A stretch of 63,886 nucleotides of DNA, the filler included, from Lenisia limosa (lineage: Eukaryota; Protista; Breviatea), in assembly GCA_001655205.1 (NCBI GenBank). It is 10 parts of 10 records of this genome, joined end to end, with 100 filler letters (N's around TTAATTAATTAA, not from the genome) between each part and the next. Parts side by side here need not be neighbours in the genome. Positions count along the whole stretch, not along the records: positions 1 to 20,948 come from LPNZ01006473.1; 9 more parts are not named here. One strand, 5' to 3'. Each line of letters starts with the position of its first letter. Within the stretch, counting starts at the first letter, position 1. Made by a program: the position numbers and the translations under genes. This document shows positions 1-12,900 of the stretch, one piece after another. Under the pieces are notes generated by a model. It saw only the letters and a list, made by a program, of their open reading frames with translations, made no database searches and was not told where the DNA came from.

Positions 1-39
1 CACTATTATTCCCCTCCGCTCTTTCAAGTCTTCACGGCC

Positions 40-900
40 CATATGCTGATAGTTGTAATACAATGGTTGAAGTTATAATGAAGGAACTTCACCCCTAAAA
101 ACAAATTAAGCCCACTTTGTTTCTTCTGACTCTCTTCCGAGTTGAACCATGAGTACAGTGATAGTGACAACAAGGAAGGCAAAGACAGCGAAAATTCCCG
201 AGGTCCACGAGTTTATCATTGCGCCATAGTTTTCTGGACCCAGTAAAAAGGCATGCGCATAAACTTGAACTTCAATTGGACACCAAGTCCTTTACCTCCT
301 TGACTAACCTCGCTCATAGCCGGGAAGGTCCGTTCCATCGTATTCACTGGAAGTATCCACGGGAAACATCATCAACATGCCAACTAGACAATAAAACATT
401 AAAATCCAATAATGAGCAAAAGTAGCCATCTATCCACCCCTCCTACTGCAATACATACCAAAACCAAACATCTGACCAACTGCCAGACCACCACCTGAAA
501 CATTAGACAACAAAATCACGGGGGGGGGGGTCCCACTCATTGAACACATCTGGGCTAGAGAAAGGAGAACTCCCACCGCTCCAAACTAAACTGTTAACAC
601 GCTATGCAAATCAACATGGGACCGCAGAGCAATTCCAAACACGGACCTGTGCAGCGGCGAAGACTCCAAAGGCGCCACCCCAACTCAGCGAAAACACTCC
701 TACAGAGTGAGATGTCGGCCAAACTGGCAGATTGACCGGTTTAAATACATCACAAATGTTGCCGTTTGTAAATAAAAATGATCTTTCTCTCTTACATACC
801 TACAGACATTCCCGTGGAAATTGCAATGATTCCCACTGCGTTCACCGCTCCAATTGCGATCACTCCTTGCGGAGATTTTCCGAAGGAGAGAATTGCAAGC
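40..900 (-). CDS. Spliced small membrane protein, function unknown (ends uncertain)
   Basis: Short GT-AG exons on minus give LAILSFGKSPQGVIAIGAVNAVGIIAISTG, GVFSLSWGGAFGVFAAAQ and ENYGAMINSWTSGIFAVFAFLVVTITVLMVQLGRESEETK (Gly-rich and hydrophobic). No family recognised. Confidence 0.45.
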
Positions 901-1322
901 TAAATAAAGTCAGCTGGCTAATATAAAACATTGAAATATGTTAACTACAATTCAATATTAGGTCAGAAGAGCCTGGCAAACCTCTCCATCGGTGGAAATA
1001 ATTCTCATGCTGAACTGTTAATGATGTACTCTTTCCCCCCCTTAATTCCCAATATTAAAGGCAGCAACAAAGCAATTTTTGACCAAAAACACATTTTTAA
1101 ATGACTACTTTAAAAGTAATCATATACAATTTCATCGTTTTCTCGCCCCTTGCCTCTCTTTGTCCCCCCCTCCTCCTTTCATCGTATACATTTTGACAGA
1201 TTGTTACAGGATTGTTAGCTTGTTACCTGTTTGCGGCCTGTGTGGATAAATCTATCATTCACCTTTGCATGTGCTAAGCAAGTCCAACAAAGCTGCTGCC
1301 TTTAACAAAGAGATTGTCAGGC

Positions 1323-3708
1323 ATGGCGGCAGAGGCTCGCTTGGTTCCCAAAGAGATAGCTTCTCAGACCCAGGCTTTGGAGGGGGTGCTTGACGTACTC
1401 AAGACTCTCAGCCAACCTCAGGTCTGACTTACTGTTTAACAAGGATTACCTCTTATTGTGTATGTATTTTCCACTATTTTTATTGTTCTCTTTGAAAAAT
1501 GGAAGGGGTTTCAGGCTAACCTTAACCTGTTAGACGCAGAAGCTCTATGCTTCCCCACACTCATGCCGCGCCATTATGAAGTGAGATTCGAGTGGTTTTG
1601 GGACCATTGCCGCTCTCTATTTGTCACGACAGTGGAAGAAATCTACTGTTTTTCATCGGTTTAGAGCAGTGTCACCTTTGTCACGTTTTCTTTTGTTCCG
1701 ATTTCAGCCCCTCAACTGCCCTGTCGTGCAGAATACCGTAGCAATGGTGAGTGTAGCTCTGGGCATGACTAACCCATTTAGTGGTTTGATGATATGCAAA
1801 TGCTTGAGACCGCTCTCAATCCCCTAATTTCAATCCGTCTGATCAATAGATCAACAATTATCAAGTATGCCATGAAGCTTCATTGGATTCAGCGTATCAA
1901 ATACATATTTGAGTGATAGTGATATCATCCTGCTTAGGGGGAATGCAACGGTCTGTCGCTATCGATTGAACCCTGTTTTCCAAGTAAGATGGAATATGAA
2001 TGTTTCTTAGTGTCTTTGTCAACACTATTGACCTCTCTCACATCTGCAGAAAACGCTCTTCAACAATCTGGGGCAGATAGATGCGGGATGGGATCTAGCA
2101 GACGCGGCTCCTGAAGATAACCTAGCTGAATGGTCGAAGTCTATGTGGAGTGAGGGGAAGCAGAATGTCAGATAATGTGATATACAATAGTATACGGATT
2201 GATTTGATGGCTGTTTGTAGCTTTCGGCTCAGTTAACAATCCTAGATGATATTCTCCAGCATCTTGCTGGTGTTTCCTCAAATAGAACAAAATTGTCCCC
2301 TCATGTTTCAGCGTAGGTCTCCAAAAACTCAGAACAATACGTTATGTGATGTTGACCCATTACTGAATCATAAAAGCATCTTTTCCAAGAACTCGCCTAA
2401 ACTTCGGTCAAAGATCACCATCCAGGGTTATCGATCAATGTGGATTACTCAGTTCCTCACGCGGTGCTAACATTACCGAAGCCGGGTTTGGCCATTTGAT
2501 TCAGTATGTGACCCTCCAGGTTCAGCTTTCTGTTGAAAGACTCAGTGGAGCAGATTTGGACGTTTCTAAAGGACTATATAAATAGACCAGGGGTATGACA
2601 GAATTAACCGTTTCTAACGAATAGACGGAAGATGAGAGTTCCATTCTTCGACTGCTGTTTCTTTTTGAGTTGAGTCTTGACGCAACAAATGTGGTAAGTG
2701 CGACAACCCTGTAACCCTTCAGCCGCACCCCATTTCCTGTGTCGCCTCCACCATCCCCTCAAAAGACTTGGAAATCTTCCATGCTATTGGACTTGTCAAG
2801 ATTGCAGTTGGAGGGAGAATATTGGAATCTCTACACTTCTATTTTTTTTTTTTTNNNNNNNNNNNNNNNNNNNNNNNNNNNNNNNNNNNNNNNNNNNNNN
2901 NNNNNNNNNNNNNNNNNNNNNNNNNNNNGCGAAAGCACTTTTCAGCAGTTCATCAGAGAAAGTGAGGAGGCGCTTGTATCCAATGTGTGACAAGAGTTGG
3001 TTTAACATTTTCAGATGGGGAGCGCATCCATTGACCAGGTTATTGTTGAGACAAATTTCAAGGTTTGCTGAGTTAAAGAAAAGGCAAGCTATAACCGAAA
3101 GTAAATAATACCTCAGGTTTACTCCTACACAACATCGCGTTTGCATGTGGCCATTCTGAAAACCTTCGCTGACATCACGTACATGTAGGCTCCGTTGGGG
3201 GTTTGGGAATTTGTGATTTTTGCTTCAAGTTCCTGAACCTTGCAGTTCTTTATTTCTGACACCTTTGCAGCCTGCCCAATCTAGTTGTATCCTATGTGTC
3301 ACGAGATTCGGTGTTCAAGGCCCTTCGAGTCGGTATCACCGCCAAGCAAATCGTGCGTTTTTTGTCTCTCCATGCTCACAAGAGAGTCTTGGATGCGGGT
3401 GCCGACCCAATCCCACTAAACGTTTCCGACCAGGTTTGCCTAGTGTCCATCTGACCCCCAGATTCATCTGTGGGAGGGCGAGCGAAAGAGGGTGTCATCT
3501 TCAGACGGACTGCTTATTGATGGCTTCACGGGCTTCGAGGAGTTCAAGGACGCCGCCAAGTTCTCTCGAAATGCGGGGATACTGAAATGGTTTGTAACCT
3601 GTCAACAGACTCAGGTAACAGCTTGGCAGGTTCAGTAGAGATGCGCTGGTTCTTCTACTGCACCCAGGAAGCGAAGCTACTTTCCAACAGTTCCTTTCAA
3701 AATTATGA
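1323..3708 (+). CDS. TFB2: TFIIH subunit p52/Tfb2 (GTF2H4), multi-exon
   Basis: Spliced exons give ITEAG|FSFLLKDSVEQIWTFLKDYI, VIVETNFK|VYSYTTSRLHVAILKTF, LPNLVVSYVSRDSVFKALRVGITAKQI and VSDQ|IHLWEGE, matching the p52 motifs ITxxGFQFLL, IVETNFKxYAYT, PNLVVG...ITA.QI and DQIRLW. Confidence 0.88.
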
Positions 3709-3966
3709 TCCTGGCTGCTGGTCATCTTCTTGACCCCCCCCCCCCCNNNNNNNNNNNNNNNNNNNNNNNNNNNNNNNNNNNNNNNNNNNNNNNNNNNNNN
3801 NNNNNNNNNNNNNNNNNNNNNGCCGTTTTTCAAAGAGAGACATAATACTAAATAAAAACAAAATTGAGTAGTAAAAAATAACCATACATATTGAGGTACC
3901 TAAATATCCTCTGCAGAATCTGTATCCTAAAGAACGTCAAATAAAATGGATTGTATGGAATCAGTT

Positions 3967-6900
3967 TTATTCAGCATACACTCTTAGCCCCTCCCCTACT
4001 TCTTCGGCTTCAACACTCGTATTCAGCTATAAATTTAAGAAAAAGTAGGTGAGTACAATAGACTACGAGTCAAAGATAACGCATACAAGAGAATTGGGCT
4101 GGCGAGGGGGGCGTCTTGCTGACCTTGGCTGCTGAAAACGATAAGCCAAAGCAATTAAATGACGACATAGAAATATTTTCTGGTATCCCTATGTATTGAT
4201 TTGTTTCCACAAGATATTTAATGAATACTATTTCTCTTGTTCAAAAAAAGAAAGATGAAAAGCTAAAGCTCACATCGTGTGCCCAGTCATAGTCAAGTTC
4301 AATGGTCCTGGGGGGTTCAGACGTTGCCGGGCTCTGTACAGTTATTAGCACTGAATACGGCTGTTGGGACCCACTGATTCATTTGTCGGCGTCTTTCCAG
4401 AAATGAAAATCGGAGGGATCACCGAGGGTCGTAAAGAAGGCGATGATCTTTCGGCTATCCCTGAAAAGTCAAGATGCTGCCTCATCTAGAGTGCCATATG
4501 CATCATGCCCACCTTCGTTGAGGTCCTCAGTCGACCGACCCCCCTTGCGAAGGTCTCCAATGGTTGTCACCGAACCGGCATGTAGGCATGACATGTTGCG
4601 CGACACAATGGAGCCTCTCGACTCAATGTGCTGCATCTGGTCGACAAGCGAGAAGCCACCGCCGGTGTTTGCAAGGTCTTCAATCACCTCCAAACACTCG
4701 TACTTCGCAATGACTGTCTCGGTGAGGGGAGAAAAAAGGGACGCTAACCTTGGTCGAGATGCGTGGCGGTGGGAAACACGTTGTAGGACACCATGTTGCC
4801 TTTACCCTATACCATAAGCAAGAGTGCAGTGATTGCTTACCTTGACTTGAATGGGCTGAAGTTGGTCAAATACATACTGCGGAAGGTGCGCAATACGGAC
4901 GTGCGTTGTGGGACTATATTGTGAGAACTCCAAACTACATTTGTGCGTCAGCTTACCTGATGTGAATTTTCCCAGCAGTTCCCGTGCTTTCCATTCGAGA
5001 TGCAGTATTAACTAAAAAAAAAACAGTTATTGAAGGCTTGACATCCCAAATCATACCCGTATCTCCAACAAGGGTGAACCTTGGGATCGCATGGCCGAGG
5101 ATACCAGAAGACACCATTCCTATTGAGTAATGCAAAGACCTTGGCACGGGCTAACCTGTATGGATGCCGACTCGCATTTGTAGTTTGCCGCCGTTTGGTG
5201 TCGGGAAGTTGTACAGGCAATCCACAATAGCTAGTGAATAGGTCAAAATAACCAGTAACCCTGCATTCTTCCTCATAAGAACCAACCAATAGCGAAGTCT
5301 GTTACGCGTTGGCAGTGATCAGAACATGGTTCAGGGCAGCCAGCCACTCCAACAAACTCATCACCAACTACTTCAACCTGCAGAATCGAGTTAATGGGCC
5401 AACAATGCAACAAACATCCCGGCTAGACCGCACCTTGTACACGCCGAATTCATCTGCAATAGCCTCGTATATGGACCACATTTGGTTGAGGAAATCGAAG
5501 AGTACCGGCGTTTCCATTGCAGAAGACATGGAGGTAAATCCAACCTGGGGGTTGATTGCTGTGGTGCCTCAAGGTTGAATAGCAATAGTAATCTTTGGTA
5601 AAAGGAAATAGAAAGTAGAATTAGGCCACAACGAACTGTGGTGTTTAATACAGAAAAACCAACCACATCAGAGAAGAACATTGTAACGTCAGGGTGGTCA
5701 ATTGGAACGATCACCTGGAATGTTAACCCCTTCGTGCACGTTGATTGAATATATAGATAATAGCAATGAGAAATAAACAATAAGGTAGTATCTGGCCGAA
5801 GCCGTTCACACCATCACGCTTAGAAGAGATATTAGATTATTGTATCATATTAATTCACCCAATCATTCATTTGCCTTACAACTCTGTGCAACTCTGTGCA
5901 CACAGCTTTCTGCGTGCCTCCCCAGCATACCTACCACACAACATCATATCATTGTATGTATGAAGCTTATCACCCCCCCCCCCCCNNNNNNNNNNNNNNN
6001 NNNNNNNNNNNNNNNNNNNNNNNNNNNNNNNNNNNNNNNNNNNNNNNNNNNNNNNNNNNNNNNNNNNNNNNNNNNNNNNNNNNNNNNNNNNNNNNGAAGG
6101 ATGAGCGACTTCACTTGAGGATACTCACCTTCTCAGTTTCCAGCATTTGAGCAGCAATGTTCTTTTCGGCCAATTCCGCTTCTCTTGTGACCAACTCCGT
6201 CAGGTCGGAAAGCATAATAACGAGAACACGCTCCTGAGAGAGACGGAAGTCACTGGGTAGTGAGGTTTATTCACAAATGACTCAACAAGCAGTCATGACT
6301 GCGTTGTGCTTGCATTTCCAAATTCTGTCACATACTCCCCTCTAGCTATTGGGAACAACTACCCCCAATATATATACAGTGACCGGGATAAGTCTTCACC
6401 GATTTGCCATTTTCGGGTCAAGAATTATCCCGGTCACTGATTACTCAAAGAATATACAAGATAATTCCGCATACCTGACTTTGACTTCGACTGGAAGCTC
6501 GCCTCCATCCTTCATTTTAGCGTTGGTTTTCTAAAGGTGAGTTGGCCCCAGATCAAAGTCGAAGATTTACTTGGCTAAGGAATACACCATTATCTAGACG
6601 GAAGCTGATTTGAAGAATACCATATTTTATCACATTTGTAGTTACTTGCTAATGTATCCAGAACAAATACAACATGAAAGCTGACCATAGTTTTGCCTTC
6701 GGTAAGTAAGTTGGTGACAGCCGTGATCGACACTAGAGAGGGTAACACAAAAAGGGTGGGGCTTACAGTCAAGGACAGCATTAACACCTTGCCCCGTGAG
6801 GTCAACTGCGAGATGCCTGAAACGTGATCACAACAACAGGAGTGGATAGAGGTATCGAACACACCAATAATGGTGGATAGGGATATGAACTCACCCGAGT

Positions 6901-9900
6901 TTCTCCTGTAGCGACACATTGATACCGATGATTTCAAGGGATTCCGAACATACTGCGAAGCAGTCAGTGGCAAATTTAGCATATTAGACAACGGAAAGTT
7001 GATAACGTTAAAACAACATTCCTTGGATATTGTTTACTTCCTGTTCAGCTCACCTAGCACTGGCTCCTTGACTGCACGTACCAAGCCAACTACTTGCTCC
7101 CTCTGAGAAATGAGCCACAGAACGGAAACACTCCAGGGGTGCACTCATAATGCCATCCCAACCTGTTTTCCGATCTCCGACTTTTCAAAGTCCACATCTG
7201 AGGTTGAAGGCATACGGCCACTAGCAACAAACGTTCTGCGGCGTCACACGAGTTTCGAGTTAAACAATGCATAAAAAAAAAAAAAAAGACCAACGCACCN
7301 NNNNNNNNNNNNNNNNNNNNNNNNNNNNNNNNNNNNNNNNNNNNNNNNNNNNNNNNNNNNNNNNNNNNNNNNNNNNNNNNNNNTCGGTCACTGCCGTCAG
7401 GTTGGAGTAAATCGAGAAGGCTGGGGGCACGAGCAGAATCACTGAAAAATAATGCCGGTTGTTTTGTAATGGAAACGAGTTTAGCTACAAATGGAGAGAG
7501 CAAGCACTGGATACGAACCGAAAACGACGATGAGGAAGATGTAGAACGACCACACGAGTGTCGGAAGCCGGTCACGTGCCATCACCGCTTGATCACTCTA
7601 GGACAATTAGCCGTCATTGTTACATATCCACAAGTCTCAATAAGAGCCTTTCATACCACTCTATTAACATGGTTTTGCATCGACTGCAAAAGGCCATCCC
7701 AAAGATCGTACTGACACACCTGGAGAATTAAAACTGAAGTGAAGCTTAAAAGGGACACTTTGAAAATAAGCAATACCCTCAAACAGTGTTGAGCCACTTG
7801 TATTCCTTTGAATCAAGTTTCATCTCTCCACCTTCTTTGGTTGTCAAAAAGAGCACCTTAGTCTGCGATGTGTGATTAACTGCATCTGGGCTTGACTATT
7901 ACGCATAACCTACGTGGAACTGTTTGACCAGATCATCTAAGCCGCTGTACGAAACTTCTTCTGTGCATCTAAAGAAGTAATGATGTATCATCTTCCTCTA
8001 ATATTACCATGCCTAAGAGTAAGGGTTTGCTATGGTCCGAAAAATGACATTTTATATCAATATCAATGTTGATCGAGGAGTTATTGAGAAATTCCTTGTT
8101 TTGGGATCATAGAGAAGCTCACAGTCCATCTTCTCTGAGGCAAGTGGTGTCAAAGAGCAGCTCACGTTCCTCCTGAAACGTTAGGATTGCAGTCCACATC
8201 ATCATATTTCAAAGGGATATACCGCCACTCACCTCATCGTCTACTACCAGGTTGGAGTGGGATGTCTGTAGTATCGATTCGAAATTGTGGATTCTGACAA
8301 AGTAAATCCCAGCGAGAAAAGCACCCACTTTGCCTTGACATTGTCAGGAGTGCCGACCCATTCCGTGCGGTTGGTGGCGAGAATGAGAAGGTAGGTGTGG
8401 CAGATGTTGGTCATTGAAAGTCGACGAGATGCATCAACAATGGCCGAGGGCGAATTGAGCTGAATCGTCAGAAGGTCCATTAATATGGCTCTTACGTGAT
8501 CCTCAATGAACATTGGAGAAAGGAAGAAGATGACAGCAGCAACTGCGACAATGAGGAAGGCTGGCAAGTGGACGAGATTCCGTTTGAGGATAGATGACGT
8601 ACGCGTGGTGTCAATATGGACGTAATCTGAAGGTAAGCCTTTCAATTGCCAAGTACTCACCATTTCGGGCAAAGACTGTTGTCAAATCACGTGCTTCAAC
8701 AATGGAAGACTTTTTCCTTTTTTGAGTAAGCAAAAATGGAGATGAATATTCAGTTTAACAGTATAATCAAGGCATACGACGACTTTGAAGCGGGTATGAA
8801 ATCAAGACTGGTTGCGGAGGCTGAGGCCTTCCCAGTGGGTGGGTCCATTGCTGAAATATTAGCAAAGAAAAAAAGAAAAGAAAAAAGAGTTGACAAGTTC
8901 ATGAACGTGTTAACATTGAGCCACCAACAAATGATAGCCATTTGAGCTTTAGAGAGATGAGTATGTGATATGTTCGGTGAAAGGACTGGGGTGGTGGTGG
9001 AGTCTTCATGCGACGAGTTGTTTACAACCTGCAGCTCAACAGAAGTCGGCAAGCTTGACTACAGTGTAACCGGGCAAAAATGGGCCGTCCTTACCACAGA
9101 AGTAAAGGCAGCGGAGTGGTGGTCTGTAAGAGACGCCTCCATACGCAAGGCATGCTACACAGTCAGGTCCATTTAATCACCAACCTGGTCCACAAGCGGG
9201 GATTGTGGCTGAGGCGACGGCATGGCCAAGGATGATTCAGCTGCAAAGGTGACTGAAACTAATCAGAAATCCACTTACATTCCACAATCAGTCCGCTCAT
9301 AAGAGGCGGTAGGCTATAGGATGACTTCTAAAATGGTTAACAAATCATTGGTGGAAGCAACCAACCTTTTTGCCGTGAGGAGATCCTATAACCGATCCAT
9401 CTTCGGAAGTGATCACTGACGAAACTGACGTGTTTTTGGCGTAGTCATCGGACAGCTGAGCGCGGCGACTCATTGCTGGCGTCAACCCGGCTTCAGATGA
9501 CTCTGAAGAGTGATCCGCGAAGGTGCCAACAAACCTTTTTCATCCTCGTTATCAATGTTGAAGCGAACTGGGTGCGATCCCAAGCCGGGGGTGGAACGCT
9601 GCTGTGTCAAACGAAGCAAAGTGGTTGCTCTGGTAGATTACCAGATACTGTCAGAATAGAGTTCTTGCCGCCATTCTTACTGCGCCTCCAAGACTAGAGC
9701 TGACTTGCCGGATTGATTCTGGGGGATGCACACTTGGGTCACTGGGTGCCTTGGTCAGGCCTTTCTGGAGATGTTAGATTCAGATATAGAATCTCTTCAC
9801 GTTCATCAGAAATGAAACTACTTTGAATTCCTGCTTGTCCTTCAGGAGCTGGTCAAGTCGGGAGTCCAGACGTTCAACAATAACGGACATTGCTAAGGGA

Positions 9901-12900
9901 TTAGACAGGAGTTTGGATTCAATCATAGAGTGCTCTATTCCCCTAGCTTGACCCACTTTGTGGGGGTACACTGTAGTACGCTTGAAGCAGAGCGAGACGC
10001 TTGGTGTGGAATCTAACGTGTGAAAAAAGGTGCTACTACTTAGTGACAAACCTCTTATGGAGCGGGACATAGGCAACCTCAAAAAGAGCTGCAATTGAGA
10101 GGAGTAACACTACCGCAACAATTCGGTCGTAGGTTACCTGTATCATTACAAATATCATGTTTTCGTATTGCCATACATGATCTATTCTCTAAATACTATG
10201 GTAATTTTTTGGACATGAGTTCATGTTCCTTTCACTCACCTGATCAGCCTTGGTGGTGACCACTTCAGTGTAGATTTGAAGAGAACTGTCAAATGCGGTG
10301 TTGAGAGGCCCGATTCCTACAGAGTATTAGAGGATCAGCGACACAGATAAAGCAGGCTAAAAAGGAAGCACACCATTTTCGAGGATGAAACGATAGTCAG
10401 TGGAGTCGTTTGGGGTCATTGTCTTGAACTCGTCATCCTTGGCTCTCAGCATGCCCATTGCGTGCTGGTAGAACATGAGGCCTCCATCGTAGACGTTGAC
10501 AAAGTATTCCTTTTTCATCATGCTGTTGTTTTGAGGGTAGTATTCGGTCATGTTGACTAAGGGAGTGAGAACAATAACACAACTCACATGATGGAATCTC
10601 CCAATCATCTCTGAGGGGTTGGTACTTCAAGGAGTTCACAGCGTCATGATAGAGTGCAAGGTGGTTACGCAGGAAAATGTCGGTGCGAGATCGGAACGAG
10701 ATTTCATAATGCGGAGAATAGAGATTCGTGAGGTTGTTGAAACCAAGCTGTAGGGGTGAGCGTTAGAAACTGTTCGTGTATCATAGCTATGTGATGTGGG
10801 GCGGACCTGGGAGGACTTGCCAATTGCGAAGTAGATTGCATCCATGGAGACACCCTGAAGAGCAGCGTTGCGGTTTCCAGCACTCAGAACCTCCTAAAGA
10901 GGTAAGTACGCCAGTCGTTTGGAGACAAACCATGTAAACGTCAAGGCACGTGGACAAGCCTTCTTCAACGTTGTTGGAGAGGACGAAGAGTACAAGGAAG
11001 ACGGATCCGAAGATGGTCAGACAGAAGAGCATGTAGAACAGTACCATCTAAGCGAATCAGTAAGAACATGGGTAGAATAAACAAGGACACGCTTCAGACC
11101 TTGGTGATATTACCCGAACGAATATCCTGTGCATCAAGTGCAAGTTCAGATCTACAGTATTAAGGGACCAGGAATTGATGAAAGGGAAAAAAATAGCATT
11201 TCCCCCCCTAACTCAGCTTGGACGTACTCCATGCCTCCCGTGTGCTGTGAGTCACGATAAGACGATACACCACTCTGGCTGCTATGGGCGGACATGGTCT
11301 CAAGTTTCGACGACGCCGTGTCGTCAAATGCAGGAAGGTTACTAGCTTGGTTGATGTTGGAGTCAATCATGGTGGCGTGTGACCTAATGCGTGAAATTGT
11401 GTATTTGACGCTCTGAGTAAAATCGTTCAAGCATACTTCAGGAAGTCGGCCAAGGAATGGTCTCCGAGTGCTTCAATGGCACAGTCTGAGAACTTCTCCA
11501 GTACCACAGTAGATGAGGGAAAGTCCTTGAAGAGTTATAATGAGATGATGTCCCACCATCAGAATTTCCATCCATGACTTTCTCGCACGTCCTTGAAGAG
11601 CTTTGATACGGAATGCGAACTAAAATATCAAAATCAGTGGGAAACGTGTAGTCTGCGAAACAAGAGCAAGTAAGTAAAGAAGGGTGAGGAGAGCAACATC
11701 CTCCCACTTCAGTGACCTTCTCAGGATCAGCAGTGTCATTGAGCAAGAAGTACCACTTATCACGGATGGCCTTGAGGCACAAATGATGCAAACTGTAAAG
11801 TTACTCTAAATCGAAAGGCGGCCCACTTCAACGCCTCTCTTAGTCTCGAAAGGAACTCGGGGGATCCTTCGCCAAGTTGAGGCACAAGCCACCGCACTCG
11901 AAGTCTTTGGGCCTATTGCGTGAGAAAACTACCCGTGCTCTGTCTCAAAAAGTTTCAGTAGCCAATAAACTTGTCAACTCGAGAGCGATTCAAATGAGTG
12001 GGATCCATGCGATCCTTCACACCAGCAAACCTGATGGAGCTCAAACTGTTGCCGCATTGAAAGCGTATTGCTATTCAAAGATTTTCGGAGGAAGCGAATA
12101 GACTGAAGAGTTACCTCAGACCCTCGCAATTGCATATGGTGTAACATCACCCCCTGCATACCTCAACATTGGATCGTTTGCCAACAATGAGGAAATAGAG
12201 ATAAGAAAGCTTGAGGTCACCATCACGTGAGTATTCTCGGTACGCGGCTGTGAGGGGTGAATTCAGATATGGAGGTCATTGAGATTGTCCACCATCCGAT
12301 CAGACGACAAACCTTTGAAAACGGCCGCCGCAGCAAACATTGACGATTGGGACTGTGATGAATGCCTAAAAATGTCATTTTAAACAGTAAACAGTAGAAT
12401 ACGGGCTTTATCCATATAAAACCAGTGAAGATAGCCCCAAACCATCTACGTGAAAGAGTAACCATAGATGCGTGTGATTTGCTATTTAAGGATTCAGAGG
12501 AATGCTGGAGGTCTAGATGGGGTGAGAAAAATGGGAGAGAGTGTGTGTGTGTGTGAGGGAGAGAAAGAGAGATGTTCCTTACCTTTCGAACTGACGAGAA
12601 GATTCCAGCACTTCGAAATGTTGCCTTCATTCAAATCTGAAAAGGTCAATTTCCACTTCAAAAAGCAAAAAAACAGAACAGTAACAAAGATATTAATACG
12701 ATTATAGGAGTAGTATTTAAATGTACACTCAATCATAGATTCTGATATGATTCTCCATTACTGCTCATCAATTTATCAAATTCAAGCCGCATACAAACGA
12801 CAAAGAACATCGCCACTCCGGTGATGAACGCCGACAGCAGTGGCAGGGTGAAGTATAGGTCTTTCTGGATATCGACTGAAGACAGTAAGAAAATGGCAAT

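Noticed and set aside
5925-5935. Family A end acting as the donor in copy 1
   Set aside because: The sequence upstream on the sense strand is AT-rich and leads back to a G-tract beside the gap, so this end is probably internal to a longer intron.
8736-9176. Plus-strand ORFs 8736-8945 and 8970-9176 as genes
   Set aside because: They are antisense shadows of exons of the minus-strand membrane-cyclase gene.
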